In this document: one piece after another, positions 24,432-38,104 of the stretch
How positions within the stretch are numbered: the first letter of the stretch is position 1
Layout of the letters: each line of letters begins with the position of its first letter
Source of the DNA: Fimbriosthenelais zetlandica
Lineage: Eukaryota
DNA length: 64,000 bases
Reading direction: 5' to 3'
NCBI GenBank assembly: GCA_977030845.1
Contig: OZ365114.1
Location: 16,058,001-16,122,000 of the forward strand
Notes under the pieces: generated by a model
The model's input: only the letters and a program-made list of their open reading frames with translations
Databases searched by the model: none
Told to the model about the DNA's origin: nothing
Position numbers and translations under genes: made by a program

Positions 24432-25935
24432 AAATTCTTCCTTGGCTCCACAGACTAGGGGATTAGGGTAATATCTTTTCTTGAATGGACGGCCTTTTTC
24501 CTAGACGCGATATTGACTCTAGGCACCGTACATCCACTAATGCCGTTAGCTCTGGGGGAGCCCGCGTTCTGCTATTCTGACCAGCAGTGATCTAAAGCTA
24601 CCATACTTGCAGTTTTTTTGTATTCCCCAAGCTCTCTTATTTTACACAAATGGCCCCGAGAAAAATATATGTAAAACTAGAAACATTCCTATTTGTATTG
24701 TTGGCTGGTCAGAGCTGACATGAAGCTGCCCAATTTTCAATATTTGGCCAATACTTGAGAAATAAAACGGCCACTAAACCGGGAATGATATAGCAATTGT
24801 TGAGTAGGGATATAAGGTTGAGCTCTTTGATGGGTATGAGCTACATTATGACATGCTATTCATGGTGGCGGTTTCCTCTCGATCAATATTTCATCAAATG
24901 CCGCTTTTGATCTAAGATCATCACCACGCCCTTCGGAGAAGGAAACAAATGATCATCGGCCTTAATCCCTCGAGACCCGGATTACCAGGGCATTAGTGAC
25001 ATAACAGGTTTGCCTTCCAGGGATTTAAGGCAAGCTTTTTCTCAAGGTCAATGATTTCTTGGGGGCAATTTAGTTTCTAAGAAGGAAGGGGTAGTTGGTG
25101 GATCCGAGTTTGGGGGGAAGTGGGGTGTACTGTGTGTGGGTTTTCCAAGATCGATGGATCTCCTTTAAGGGGTTGAAACAAGCTTTCCTCCCAATAGTTT
25201 ACAGCACGATTTTAAACATTGCTTCGTTATAGGTAAAGTCTAAAATCAATCGCAAAACATTCCCTTCCTAACGCTCCTGCATTTCACTCATTCAGCTAAT
25301 GTTGTTTTGGTCGCAGAAGGGTTTAGGATAATGAAGTAAGTATGAAGGACCCAGCTTGCTTATCTCGTATACTGCTGGAATGAGGGACGATTACAGTTGA
25401 CAAATGGCGCCTCCTATGAAGCCCTGGAGGTCAAAGAGAATGGTTTGGTTGTAGGGTGGCATGGCAGTGTTATGAAGTGGGAGAGAAAGAGGCTAGGCCT
25501 TATGTCGAACCTAGCGCTACAACTGTCACTTCTCGTTCTATCGATTCCTATCCCCAGGGAATAGATATACATTTATGTAGCCACTACTAAACTACAGTCC
25601 TTCCCTGCTCATAATAATGCCACAGTCCTTCCAACATCCCCAGAATATCAAGCCACATACTCCAATCCCATTATACTCAAAATTGCTTAATATTTATGGA
25701 GATCTCTTGAATTTAATGCCTCGCTGAAATTGAATATCCAGAGATGGAAGGAGTCTGATACGAGTCCAATACTTAAGACTAATTGGGATTTTACGACCTG
25801 CCATCCAGCCTTCTCTATCGACATGCCATATAACTTGTTAGAGCTACATACATTTTTCATGTGAGTGAAAGGGATGTTACCTCCCATCGAATGACCAGGA
25901 GATTAATGAAAAGCGCAATGAGTAATAAATATTAC

Positions 25936-26100
25936 CTGATAAAAATCTATTCCTTGCGCCACCGCATCATTTAATTATTTCACAATCGATTTTTTCTCCT
26001 CTCCAGTTCGTTCAATGTTTTTCCTCCTGCCTGTGAAATGATCGATTTCCTCCCTTTTCCATGAGGCTAATCTATCTTTTAATTCATCGATTAGAGTCTG
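25936..26100 (-). pseudogene. Degraded coiled-coil-like coding remnant of unknown origin
   Basis: QTLIDELKDRLASWKREEIDHFTGRRKNIERTGEEKKSIVK*LNDAVAQGIDFYQ ends at a cag|GTAATA donor. Its stop and the nearby upstream stops are single C-to-T changes from CAA/CGA. Confidence 0.3.
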
Positions 26101-29100
26101 TTATCATTTTTGGAAGTTGTTAGCTTTTTCCAGAAAATCCCGTCAATTTCTTAAGCAATGACAGGGACTGTATTACCAACACACACGAACTATGATGGAT
26201 ATTTTGCCAAAGGGAGGAAGGAAAGGTCAACATTGGTGTTCGGGATGGCCACTTATCAGATCAAGGCCCTGTGATGACGTCATAATCACCTTTGTGGAGC
26301 GTGAGATTCTGTGAGACTTGGTGGGAGTGAACATGGTGGCCAGGTGGTTAGTATGGCCTTACCCTCTGCATGATTGATAAGCTGACCGTTTGAGTTAAGC
26401 CCTAGAGTGCTGGCTAGCGGATGATTAAATCATCCATATGCAGGCTACTGATACTCAGTCTATATAATACCTGGTGTATGTGGCTAAAGGTTGTGGCTAA
26501 AGGTTTCTGATTTTACTCCCTGTGGTATTGACAAAATTTGCAGCTGATCACAATTGTACATTTATGGCTATACTTTGAAACAGACAGTCCCATATATACT
26601 GGCAAGCAATACTATGCAAATGCTGTGTAGGTTTTGCACGTTTTTTACGTTTGGCTAGTTATATTGAAAGCAAAGTTGTATGCCTTCTTTTTATATAATT
26701 GTCCAGTAATTTGTTTCCGACAGGCAAGCAGATCTCAGCTAAAACTGTATGTCCTGCATGAGCCTGTGCTTTTTTCATGACATCATCATGTACTGTATAA
26801 TCATATGAGAGAATTAAGCTAATATTATTGATATTAATGACATGTTTTGTGCAAAACAGTGAATTATATCCTGTCACAGAATCAACAGATCTGTGGAGGA
26901 ATTGATTGCACTTTTATCTGGATGGAAACGCTGTCATTGATTATTTGAAGAATGATATATCATGCCTTTATCTTCCAATGACTGATGGCTTTCATATTGA
27001 TCATGTGTGAAGAGCTCCTATTTAGGCTCGTCAAGCAAATGAAGTATCTTTGTTATACCAACACAATGATTGATACTCATCTTTTCACAATGACGGATTC
27101 GCATGAATGATATCAATTGCTAAAAATAAAATGAGTAATGCCATGATACATTCTACTCTTGTGGATATATGTTCCAGCAGGACAACAAAACCGCATCATT
27201 CAATTATAGATACATTGCCTATCATGACAGCTTGATGGGGCAGGCATAATGTACTTGAGTAGGCTACTTCGACGTTATTTCTGATGATGTTTAGTTCAAA
27301 TTCTTGAGTTTAAATAGATGATATAATGTTCTGTTCCAATATGATCAACAAATCTAAAATATTTAGATACAGAGCCCTTCCAACGAGTTTGGGATAAACC
27401 CCATGCACCTAACAACAGGAATATTGTAACAATTGCATTTCTAACGATGCCATGAATTAATTATTTTCAATCAACCTCAATATCCACCCCGTGGACCGAA
27501 CCAATCCATTGAAATTAAAGGAGGGAGGAACCCCCATAATAAAAACACGCTAATATACAACAAAAAAGTATGCATTACGCTTTAAAAAAGGTATACGTGG
27601 AAGTAATAGCAATGTGGGTGTAACGGTGGTGTACCATAAACTTAGCAGTAGCCCATGTGGCTACCACTAGGCATGATAATCATGTGAAAACTGCATGATA
27701 TCATCTAATAAAGCAAAGCCATACACGCTAATAACACATGCCTCTTGCCATAGAACAAGCCATAACCCAGAACAATAACATAGCAGTCCAATCAGTACGT
27801 ACAGCAGTAAGGCCCCATTGCCTTAGGAAATATATAGGCACCAGAATACACATGGTATATGACATTTTATAAGGTCTGGAATTGTATAGTACTTTTGGGA
27901 TTTAACCAATGAGTCTGTGGATAAAAACGACTGACAGAATAGATGAAACAGGGGTTGGAGGCATTGCTCAAAATTAAATGAGAATATGCTGTTTTCGGAA
28001 CTTATATTTCCACTGAGAGCAATTTTTAGGCGATAACTTGTGAAGCAGTAGGCCCGGTGGCCAAATGAATTAGACATTCCTTTGGAAGGGCTGTTTTGAT
28101 ATTTGGGTACAACGCAGGAAGAATTAGTTTCTTTCACACATGGAGAGTATATAGTATAAATCCGTGAATCTAAATCATCTTGGATGATCTAGTTTAAGCG
28201 TGAGTTTAAAAAGAGTCATGTCGATATGAGATCATTGCAGCTTTGAAATGCATCTTGTTAATTAAGAATTGGGCCTGCAGGGCTCGGAATTATGTAAAGT
28301 GTGCTTGTCCTACGGCTTCTCAAAAAAGATGACAGGGATATGTTGAGCTAATGGGGGTATGAGCATGGATAATGGACAAGGCATGACATCCTTCCCAACA
28401 TCAAATGATTTCATTGCAATCAAATTGCAAAATGGGCATAGAGCTAAAACGCTGGGAGGAAGTGCAGTGGAAAGATAGCTGATGGCTTATGTTTGATGGA
28501 AATTGTGGAATTGCATGATGACGGGTTTTAAATATGAATAGATGGGTATAGATTGAACATATATAAATCATGTTAAATCTTCTAGCGGGAGATAAATTGC
28601 TTATTTATAATTATAAAAACAAGCAATCTGTCCCACATATGACTATAATGAAAGGAGAAGCAGCATAATATAAGTTAATGGGTAACTCTTGATGTGGCCA
28701 CACAGAAAACCCTCGCCTGTTCATTAAATATTCATACCCGTATTTCATATTCAGTTGGATCTTCAAGGAGAGTCATGTTATTCACTTTGATTGGGACATT
28801 ATAATGTCCCTATTGGCGGGTGTAGAACTACAGCATGAATGTACCTACTTAATTCTAAAAACTAAGAAAAGATATAATGAAATATTGGGGAGGGTTCATG
28901 GAGTTCAGATTTGAACTGCAAAGAACTGTCGAAGATACTTATAGTCAAAGTAAGGGGACTGTACCTTTTTCTCGTTTTGATAATATGTATAAATGTATGT
29001 GTTAAAAATACCGTAAAAAATGAAGGACCATGGGAAATGAATGGGGAGAACCATGGAAGTTTGGACGTTCTTCTAATTAATATGGAAACAGAGCAAACGT

Positions 29101-29182
29101 GGAAATTTATAAGAAACAAAATGGGGGAAATTTTTGGTTTTATGTCATTGACAAAATGGTGGATTGCAGGTGCCTGATGACA

Positions 29183-30216
29183 TTATGATTCCAATTTCTC
29201 CTGTTGAATTAAAAGAAGGTCTTGTTCTGCTTGAATGAGTTCCTCATTTGTTAACCTCTCACCAAAATTGATATTACTTTCTCCAGCTTGCCGGAAATCG
29301 GGAGTCACAGATTGCCATTGCAAATTAATATGCTTCAATCTTTAGAATCTTTGAGAAAATAGTTCACTTTTAAATATAATAGAGCATCTGAATCCGCCGT
29401 ATTCACTCATAAGTATATACAATATTAATTGTAAAATAGGTTTCATTATCGTAATGATGGTAAAAAAAGTGGGAAAAATGTTTGTTCAAGACAAACACAA
29501 TGAAATCCAACCTACAATCTGTGTCCTGTCAAACATTGCGGCCTACTTTACAAATTTGGACTTCATATAAGAAAGGCAGACGATAAATCAATCTATTGCC
29601 TCTAATTGCTCATTCAAGTGCTCTTCAGTGGTTCCAATGCGGACAAAAAGTCCATCTAAAGTCGTGCCATTCAATTCCTCTCAGTTCAAAATGTCATCAA
29701 TGGCCACCAAATGTATTTACATTTTCTGGTATTTCCCTCGTAATTAAATCACGTTTCAAGCAGTGGGGAACGATCCACTACTTTTTAAGGACCTTGGTTG
29801 GAACAGGTTTGCGTCTTGAATGTGAATTTCAGAAGCAATTCATTGCTCTAAGTGGTTTTAAGACCATGAGAAACCCCCGGAATAATTACAGACTTGTACT
29901 GAGCACAGGAGCCAGCAAAAACAATAGAATTGGTGGAATGGAACCTGAAAAGGTAATTCATTGAAAGGTTTTTTGATATTTAAAGCATTAGCAGATAATG
30001 ATTGGGATAAATCATACAAAATTGGTCTGATCGAAGTAATCCCAAGTTAGCAACGCCATATTCCTTTAGAGACATATATGAATCTTGTATAGAGACTTTT
30101 GACCAGGTGTGTCCTGTGCCTTGGGAGAGTTTAATTGAGACTATTCTGGGAATTGAATGTGACAATCTCATATCTCGATAAGCATCTGAGGAGAAATTTC
30201 CGTGTATGGAGGTCAT
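29183..30216 (-). pseudogene. Degraded BEL/Pao LTR retrotransposon pol fragment (RNase H to pre-integrase linker)
   Basis: Minus-strand motifs in the BEL order: IHGNFSSDAY (LHGFSDAS..AY), SIPR, TWS, EYGVANL (FVANR), QGP, QRF*RLK, and GERLTNEELIQAEQDLLLIQQE at 29195-29263 (LT.EEL..AE..LI...Q.E). Spacing is compressed; motif recall only. Confidence 0.45.
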
Positions 30217-31047
30217 ATCCTAGCAGACCAGACATAGCTGGAGGTGTCGTGCTCAGCTGGTCAGCTTCCTCTACCAACAGATGTGACCAGTGTATACCAA
30301 GGTCTACAGGGAAACATTGACCACCATGCAAGGTCCTACTGCTAAAGCCCCGGGCCAGGGCGCGCTATATGCTTCCACTCTCCAGACAAAACAACTACTG
30401 CTAGAAGTTGTATCGGCTTCAGATTATTTATAACACAAATCATTCCTATATCTGTTGCATATAATATGTCAGCCATTGATATGCAGAAAATGTATAAAAT
30501 TCGAAATGATTTAAGCCAGTATAATTGAACTGTTGCGAAGTTCATTATAGTGTTGTACAGAGAGAATAAATCTGTGAATGTCTACTGAACTGAAATGAGA
30601 AAATAAATCATGGGAGACAATAACAATTCTAGCAGAAAGAGGAGGTAAAGATCAGATAATGGACAAGCCTCCTAATTGGGTAGAGCATGATACTTGAGCC
30701 GTTGACATTATGTGGATAATTTAGTGTATAGCTGAAATACTATCTTACTTGTAGAAGGGGAATGCTATATCCAAGCAAGCTTATTAGACATAATATATGT
30801 ATTCCTCCACAAAAGAGTACTTTTAATCTAAGGATACTATAGGAAGTCCATTAGATATGAGGTATGAACTTGAAGGATATGGTTTGCCATCTCCTGATTA
30901 ACTCCAACAAAGAATTTGAAAGTTTTTTTTCCTTTACACCTGCAATGCAGAAATGGACAATGCCAGACACATTACTTTGGCTCAAAATGTCAAAACAGCA
31001 GAAAAATCTGGCGAACATAACATGCGGGGACAGCGCTTTTTCTTGAC

Positions 31048-31070
31048 GGGGGAGGGAGGGAGGGAGGGGG
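31048..31070 (+). repeat. (GGGA)n run, G-quadruplex motif
   Basis: gggggagggagggagggaggggg read directly. Confidence 0.7.
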
Positions 31071-31868
31071 CTGGAGCTCTTATTGCTGAGGTAATGTAAC
31101 TCTAGACCAGCGGGATGATCCTAGCTTGTCATGCAACCAGATTTAAGCTTGCACGCTGTGCAGTTAGAGCACCCAGGATAAAAAAATAACTCTATCACTG
31201 TTAACCAGCCTCTTGCCCCCCTCGGTGAAGTTGATAGGAAAGCCAGAGGGTTTAAAATAAAATCTCAGCACTGACTCCTGAACCAAAATGAATTCTGATT
31301 TACAAATTAGTCCCTTATATTTTACAGTGTCTTAAATTAAGTGAATCTAGGCTTTTTTCAGACCCTGTTTTAGGTGACACAAATCGTGGAGATGGGTTAG
31401 AGGAGTGCATGATGGCATGGGGTTGGATAACAGGGAGATGGGACAAAAACCCAAAGGCAAATTGCCCTAATGGTTGAGCGAATGCAGAGATGCACGATCT
31501 AAGACTTTGCCTAGAGCTGGGACGAGAGCACTCTTCGTACATAGCTCCAGATGTGAATTGCATTAAAACACAAACATCCATGCACCTGTACAACTTATTG
31601 TGGTTACAAATATTAAAATTCAGCATAAGACTCACACGAACACAGAAGGAATAACAAAACAAAACAGAATCTACCCTTGATATCATCAACAGCAATTTTC
31701 ATTGATATTATGAGATATATCATACCAAAGAAAAAATGTCCCGATCCTAATGCCATCGATCCTTTTGATCATCGAAATGGTAAATCAGGTAAACAGAGGT
31801 GATGATGGATCGACACTTAAAAGGAGGCCATTAAATGATCCACTCCCATACCTGATACATCGTACGTA

Positions 31869-31950
31869 TAAGTACCTGACTCAAAGTGATGATACAGAGC
31901 TACATCCAAACTAAGTACCTGGACTCAAGCCGATGATACCACGCTCCAAC
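31869..31950. repeat. Degenerate 43-bp tandem duplication
   Basis: taagtacctgactcaaagtgatgatac at 31869 and taagtacctggactcaagccgatgatac at 31912. Confidence 0.6.
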
Positions 31951-34900
31951 ACTGAGCTCTCACCTCATCACCGTAGGCTTGAAGAGGAAGCTCACCATGG
32001 AATATTGTAAGAATATCGACCCAGAATATGCAGCAAAACATACATCTTCTCCTCCATAAATAAAAGCCAGGTGCTCAAGGCGGTCTTCGCAGACTAAAAG
32101 AACCTCTTAATCCGAGTGCTTACATTAGTGCCTTAACGTCGTTGAATGTGTTCTTTTTACAGAGGGAAGCCTCCAAAGGGACACAGGGTTCAAAGAGCAC
32201 TGAGATGAGTGTGCCGGAGAATAAGCATTGATGTTAAACGCGATTTAGAGACATTCACTCCTGGCATACAAGGGCTGTCTTTGTGGATATGTCAGCGTAA
32301 TCAGAGTGGGCAGATCCTCTCTGTGTCACACAGAGTGATAATGATTTGGATGCTTCTGTGAACAAGAACTTGGAGAGTTCACATACAAACAACTCATAAG
32401 GTCTCGTGATCGCTAGGCTTAAGCGAAAAAAGGTATACCCGAAGAGATCAATGCTATAACTCATCCACATTACTATTGTCTAGTTGATATGGACAATGTG
32501 TTCACAGGGTACACCTAAGATACTAGTCCGAAGGATGCAGTTGATTGATGAAATGGTGTCACTTCCGGTTTGGTTTGGGTACAGTACTGTCTGCCAACTT
32601 GAAGCTGATACCACACCCACATTGACAAATGCATTATACAACACACTGAACAATGCCTTAATGCATATACCACATCCATATATGCAAACACAACAGTACT
32701 ACTGAAGGAACGTCAAATATTATAATCTTTTGTGTAGCGACAGCACACATATTCGAATGGAAAAGGAGGACGATAAAGAGCAAAGTGCTGAAACTTTCCT
32801 TAATACTCCTGTGAAACTTAAGAGCAATATTTAGCTTCAAGGTGTGATCATAATTAATGCAGAGTCAAACCCGAGGACGCAGTGGAAGAGTGATATAGTA
32901 GTGACACTGGCGTCCTTCTTTCAGACAGTCATCAATCACCGACTATTGTTAAATATGCATACGATGTGACTATATTAGCACAACCGCTTTATTGAGACAT
33001 ACACTGAGGTCGAACCTTCTGAGAGACAGACAGATCTATAGCTGATTACTGGATACCCAACTGACAAGCAACTAGGATGAAACACCTGCAGACATCACAT
33101 GTCACGGGGAAAAATATCTTCATCCTAATTGATAAACTAATTTCACAGTAATGTACCGTTCTTTCCCATCATCCAGTAGGTAAAAAATAAGTCTATCTTA
33201 TCCTATCTGAGAACAAATTACTTGCTGTCAAATGAAAAACTTATAGTGAAGAACACATGATGATGATGCAGCCCTTGGATTAAGATCTGTCCTGAAAACA
33301 AGGATAATATAAGCAGCGAAAGTGCGAATACGGTCGAATGGATAGGAGAGCAATGCAAGTGTATCGACCCTGCCATAAATTTCTATCAGCTCTGGTAACA
33401 GCACAAAGCCTTTCATAAGCAGTTGTCGTATATTTCATTCCCAAATGACCTTCTACATGATATTAGGTTACCATCACATAATTATATAAATATGGTAACA
33501 AAATGGGGACATTTCAATGAAATTTAGAGAGAGGGAGACAGAGTGAAGAAAGAGGTAAGGAAAGCGAGAAATATGACTCAATGAAAGAGGACAAAGGAAT
33601 GAGTAAGGGAACCGGGCAATATCACCTGAGATTAACGGTTGCGGTTAGTACAGGGATTATTAGGTTGTTGCTGATAAGGTCGTTTTGATAGAAAGCATGT
33701 GACAACCAGGCATGAACGTGCTCTGCCTACGGCGCAAATTAGGCCAGTCAAGGCATGATTCGACTTGCTCATTTTCTCATTTTCAAATCCGTGCAACCGG
33801 TATCTTTGCATCTTTAAGTAAGTAGGCACTGAAGGACTCATTGGATTCCTTTCTTGTTCCGATGCATCATACAATACACAGCATTATAACTGCATTTAGT
33901 CAAGTTGTCTAACAATGTAAAGGTGAGAAGATACCATGCCATCTTGTCGCTCTAATCACTAGTTGCGGGTTAGCTCGACCGTCATTTAAATCTATGTGGC
34001 CACATATTCGTCCCAAGGAGACAAGGATAGGCCTTTCTCTAGGCGTATATTACCACTCTGATGATCATTAACGATAGCTTGGACAGACCCTCTTCACAAA
34101 AGCTCACGCTTTCCTTCCTTGTTAGCACCGGATTGCCCATAGCTAATGCTGGCAAAGCTGCTTCTATATGAAATCTCTGATAAATTATGCTGACAGACTG
34201 TGTCGGAGAGACATTTCACTGTACATAGCCTAATCGTGGAAGCCTTTTGTTTGAGACGGAAGTTGAAATGCTTTGATGTATCTATTCATATATTATGGCG
34301 GACGGCTTTCAAAAGATTATGGAACATATTCTTTCAAATAGGCTTATAACAAGTATTCATTGGTTAACTTTTTTCCCTTTGTTCAATATAAAGTACAGTC
34401 CTTATGCATGTGTGAGTCCTCCGGTACAGAGACAAAAGTTGGTATACTGATATGAGAGACTTCATCCTGTTTGCTAAGTTTACCAATAAGTTATGCGACA
34501 AAACGTATCATGCGAGGAGTCTGATGACTGTAAAAGCATTCACAGTGTATTGTTAACAGTAAAAGCAGTCGCAACCTCATCCTTGGGACAATGAGATTGT
34601 CTATTCTTTATCTTTGAGAGGAGGTCCTAATCAGTGGTGACATCCATATTCATAGCCTTCCCCTGATTGGTGTCAACCACGCAACAGTCAGCCACTAAAC
34701 ATGATCCACCCCGTTCAATATCCTTGAAGCACTTTCTCCCCATCCGAAAAAAGAACAACACCGCCGCAGCGTCTTGGTTCAGGTTTGCTACTAGTGTCTT
34801 TCCACCGTGCATCCTAAATCCTGCATCTAATTTTGCAGTAATAAAATTATGATTGCGCCCATATTGGATTTTGGTATTGGCGGGGAAGGATGGCTTCAGA

Positions 34901-36249
34901 AATGGGCATAAGTTGATGTATTATGTATGCATGGGAGGCCTTAACCAGCCCCAGGCGTCAATAAAGGTGGATATCACATTGCATATTGGTGGCAATACAG
35001 CTTCTCAGAGGCTTGTTCCAAAATAATCTAAGCCTAATTGATAATCATAAAATATACTAGCAACTCCTAAATGATTGCCAGTTAGAACCTGATTCACTGG
35101 GATGGAAAAGGTTTCTACTTTGCCTGTCTTGAAATTGCTTTCAGAGGGCAAAGGATAGATCTCTTGGGAAATCTTCGTTAGGTTATTGTTATGTCCTTAA
35201 AAACTGTTATAGTTAATCCAATTATGTATTGATAGGCTTCAACTCGTGAGTAACTCATCGAGATAAGGGTCGAGGAGGTGGATATCTATTGAGAATAGCA
35301 GGCAATATATCAGGTAATCGGATTCCTTGAGGAAATTGTACAATTTCCAATATCTGAAGCTCCCCCACCCCCTTCCAATCGATCACAGTTCTTCTTAGAG
35401 AATAGGAGGGCTTGTTCCATTTAATCTGATACCATTACCAATATTGACTATCAGCTGAAAAATATTCTACTGATATCAGATCTGTACTAGATAGATGGGG
35501 GGAGAAGCGTTGGAGGGGCAGAGGGCAAATTCACAACTTGGTTATCTGTCCTCACGATTTAAGACAAACATTCATCTTGATCCTTCCTCTTGCCACATCG
35601 ATCCAAAACGAAGACTTTCAGTAAATATTAATAGCAAAGCAATCACGGCCTGCATACAGTTCCCTTTAATTTGAAAAAAAAAGTTTCTTCTTGTTTTGAA
35701 CTATATACTTTCTTTTCCAACTCGAGTATTATTTCCCCAGTGAGATATATATATAAGAGAGATGGGACTTTAGACAAGGCCACCATTATGGTAGAATCCG
35801 GGGGATGGATCTCCTCAAATTGCTCGGAGAGAACCTGGCAGTAACCACATTAATAAGAGTCACCAATTCTCAGCTAATAGACTTTATAAATCTGTGCAAA
35901 GGGAAGGTATAAGGGCAGGATGAGACCAATCAGATAGAAGTCTACTTGGGCCAACTAGTAGTGAGCCGAACTCGGACCATTAATCAAGCATTTTATCACC
36001 TACTACATGATTTCACTGGCGGCTTGATGCTCTAGAGAAGATTCCCAGCCACGCGGAAGGACCCTTTAATGTGTGAGAGAGGTCATTAAGAAAGCAGTGT
36101 CAATATTCTGACGAGTCCACTTTTACCTCTCGCTCTTAAAACGAGAGCAGTTTTCCACTGGGAGGTTGAGGAGGTGGCTGACGAGGGCTGTTGATCGTTG
36201 CTGTGTATGGGGTGAGCTTTAGAAGTGGGATTCCGCATTGGAAATCCGC

Positions 36250-36353
36250 CTGTCAACAGGGCTTTCCCTAAGCAGGTCAGCTGTCAGTGAGGCTTTCTTA
36301 GACAGGTCAACTGTCAATAAGCCTTTTGTTCACAGTTCAGCTGTCAGCAAGGC
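36250..36353. repeat. Minisatellite of ~3.4 units of 30 bp
   Basis: Units begin ctgtca at 36250, 36281, 36311 and 36341; consensus about ctgtcaNNaaggctttNNtNNNcaggtcag. Confidence 0.75.
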
Positions 36354-37229
36354 AATGTGTATATGACGCATTCAGTGACTTTTGCATACAGGACATTTCG
36401 GTCTGTCACAAATCTGTAAGAAAGATTGTTTAGTCCATTAAATACCCACTTTATTTGAATTTCGTAGGCCATTCAAGAAATGTCCATATTTGGACAGGGT
36501 TTAATAAATGTTCCTGAAACGATTGTCAGAAACCCTTTCATTGTAAGACCTTGCACTCTTAAGTACAGGCCCTAAACCATGAGTAAGTCCCGCTTTAGAC
36601 TGACGAAAACTGCCACTGACAATCACTTTCTAAACTAATCCTTTCCTAGAAACTCTTCTGACCCAGTTGGAACTGCAGCCAAGAGTCCTAGTGATGATGG
36701 GATGTCTCGGTATGCGCCATAGTCCCTCCGGCAACTCCCACACTTCCTTCACATTAATTCTGTCAGGTTTAGTGATAGACTGTTGGGGTGTGGCCCTCTG
36801 ATTGTGGGAAAGATGTAGCAGAGAGATGTGCTTGTCTATATACACGATGTGCTCTCCGATAAGATCCACTGGGCCGTGGACTTAATGCCCGACGGATATC
36901 TGGGCGGTCACTAGAGGCTGCTGCCAGAATGATTCTCTGGCCTCTAGCAGTGGTTGGGCCATCCTATCCAAAGGGTCTTCTATTGATCTAACCCTTTCCC
37001 TTCCTGGGTGGAACTAGGGCTGAAGAATCAATTCTCCATCGATCTGCCTTCCTAATCCTTGAACCTCAATAGTAGGAGGACAGAAATGTCCCAGTAGTCA
37101 TGGAAACACCCCCATGACATCCTCTACCATCCTCATGCCCACCCAATCTGGAACCGCCGGTGAGCAGTTTAACCGAAAAAAAAACAAAAATCCACCCTCA
37201 CCTCTTCTTCCTTCCTTTCAGTTTCTTAG

Positions 37230-37478
37230 GCGAATATAATGACAACTCTCCAAGAGTTTCCTCCCCTTAATCTGGATGTTTTGTCAAGCTTTACCCGCCA
37301 CAAAACAAATGGCAGGGAAATTACGGTGGCTGGAAGATTGGTGTGGTGGGAGGCTCATGAATTATTTCATCAAAACCGTGTGTTCATTACCATATCTCCA
37401 ATAAAGTGGTTCCCTTTCCTATGGAACATTGATGGAATGGTGTTCATGTCCCCGGAACGCAGATGTAAAAAAGGGTGA
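37230..37478 (+). other. 79-aa ORF preceded by a canonical short intron (37160-37229)
   Basis: Donor ccg|GTGAGC, branch-like ccctcac, long pyrimidine tract, acceptor ttcttag; the ORF ATG at 37239 is in frame with the acceptor. No recognisable homology. Confidence 0.2.
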
Positions 37479-37919
37479 ACTTAATCCATCAGCATTAGGT
37501 AAATGGTTGGGAACGAGAAAGGGGTTTTCCTGTGACATAAGTATGATCAGTGTTTGTATACCCCCTAGAGATCGAGGTTTAACATTTGGAACTATTGAAA
37601 TTGGAACCTATAGAGAAGGAGGACATGATTCTACATAAGGTGAGGGTCAGGGTCATGCCTCATGATCATGCATCAACTGTTATAAATGGGTCAAACATTC
37701 AAATAGCTCACGTCAGTAATATAGGGAACCAATAATCCCAATCAAAGGCATGAGATGACTAAAATAAATATTTTAGTTAAGGGTATACAGGGTACATGAG
37801 TAGATGATAAAGTCTGAGGTATGTAAATAATTGGGGAGTGATAGGATAATAAGTGACATGTCAGGGTATACCATCAGATTCTCTTAAAGGCACAACTTTA
37901 TCTTGTTTCAAGAAGTCAT

Positions 37920-38083
37920 TCTAATTGGGATTGGGTCTATAAATCAAAGTTGACATATCATTCAGACAGGCCCCCAATTCAAGTGTTATGTGTCGAAAAC
38001 TATCTCTTAAAAGGACCAGATAAAGTTAGTAACGAGCCTTTCTAATTAGGATTGGAAACTGCCATAAATCAAGGTTGACATAT
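37920..38083. repeat. Direct duplication of a ~40-bp segment, period ~121 bp
   Basis: tctaattgggattgggtctataaatcaaagttgacatat (37920-37958) vs tctaattaggattggaaactgccataaatcaaggttgacatat (38041-38083). Confidence 0.7.
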
Positions 38084-38104
38084 GTTATTGAAAGCCTTTT
38101 AATA

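Noticed and set aside
27160-27400. Tc1-like FQQDN motif
   Set aside because: The downstream WP..SPDLNPIE motif is absent at the expected distance, and there are no TIRs.
27930-28320. GRAVLIFGYN resembling the papain His motif in a stop-ridden frame
   Set aside because: The catalytic His is replaced by an AGG codon three changes away, and there is no QxxxGxCW motif.
31315-31590. Ser-rich minus-strand ORF end (SRPSSRQSLRS...) as a terminal exon
   Set aside because: No convincing acceptor and no homology.
34780-34812. GGKTLVA resembling HELQ/POLQ helicase motif I
   Set aside because: No DEAH/DExH or other helicase motifs follow.
35340-35375. GSFRYW resembling rhabdovirus L protein GSFRHWGHP
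   Set aside because: The invariant GHP is missing and no other L-protein motifs were found.
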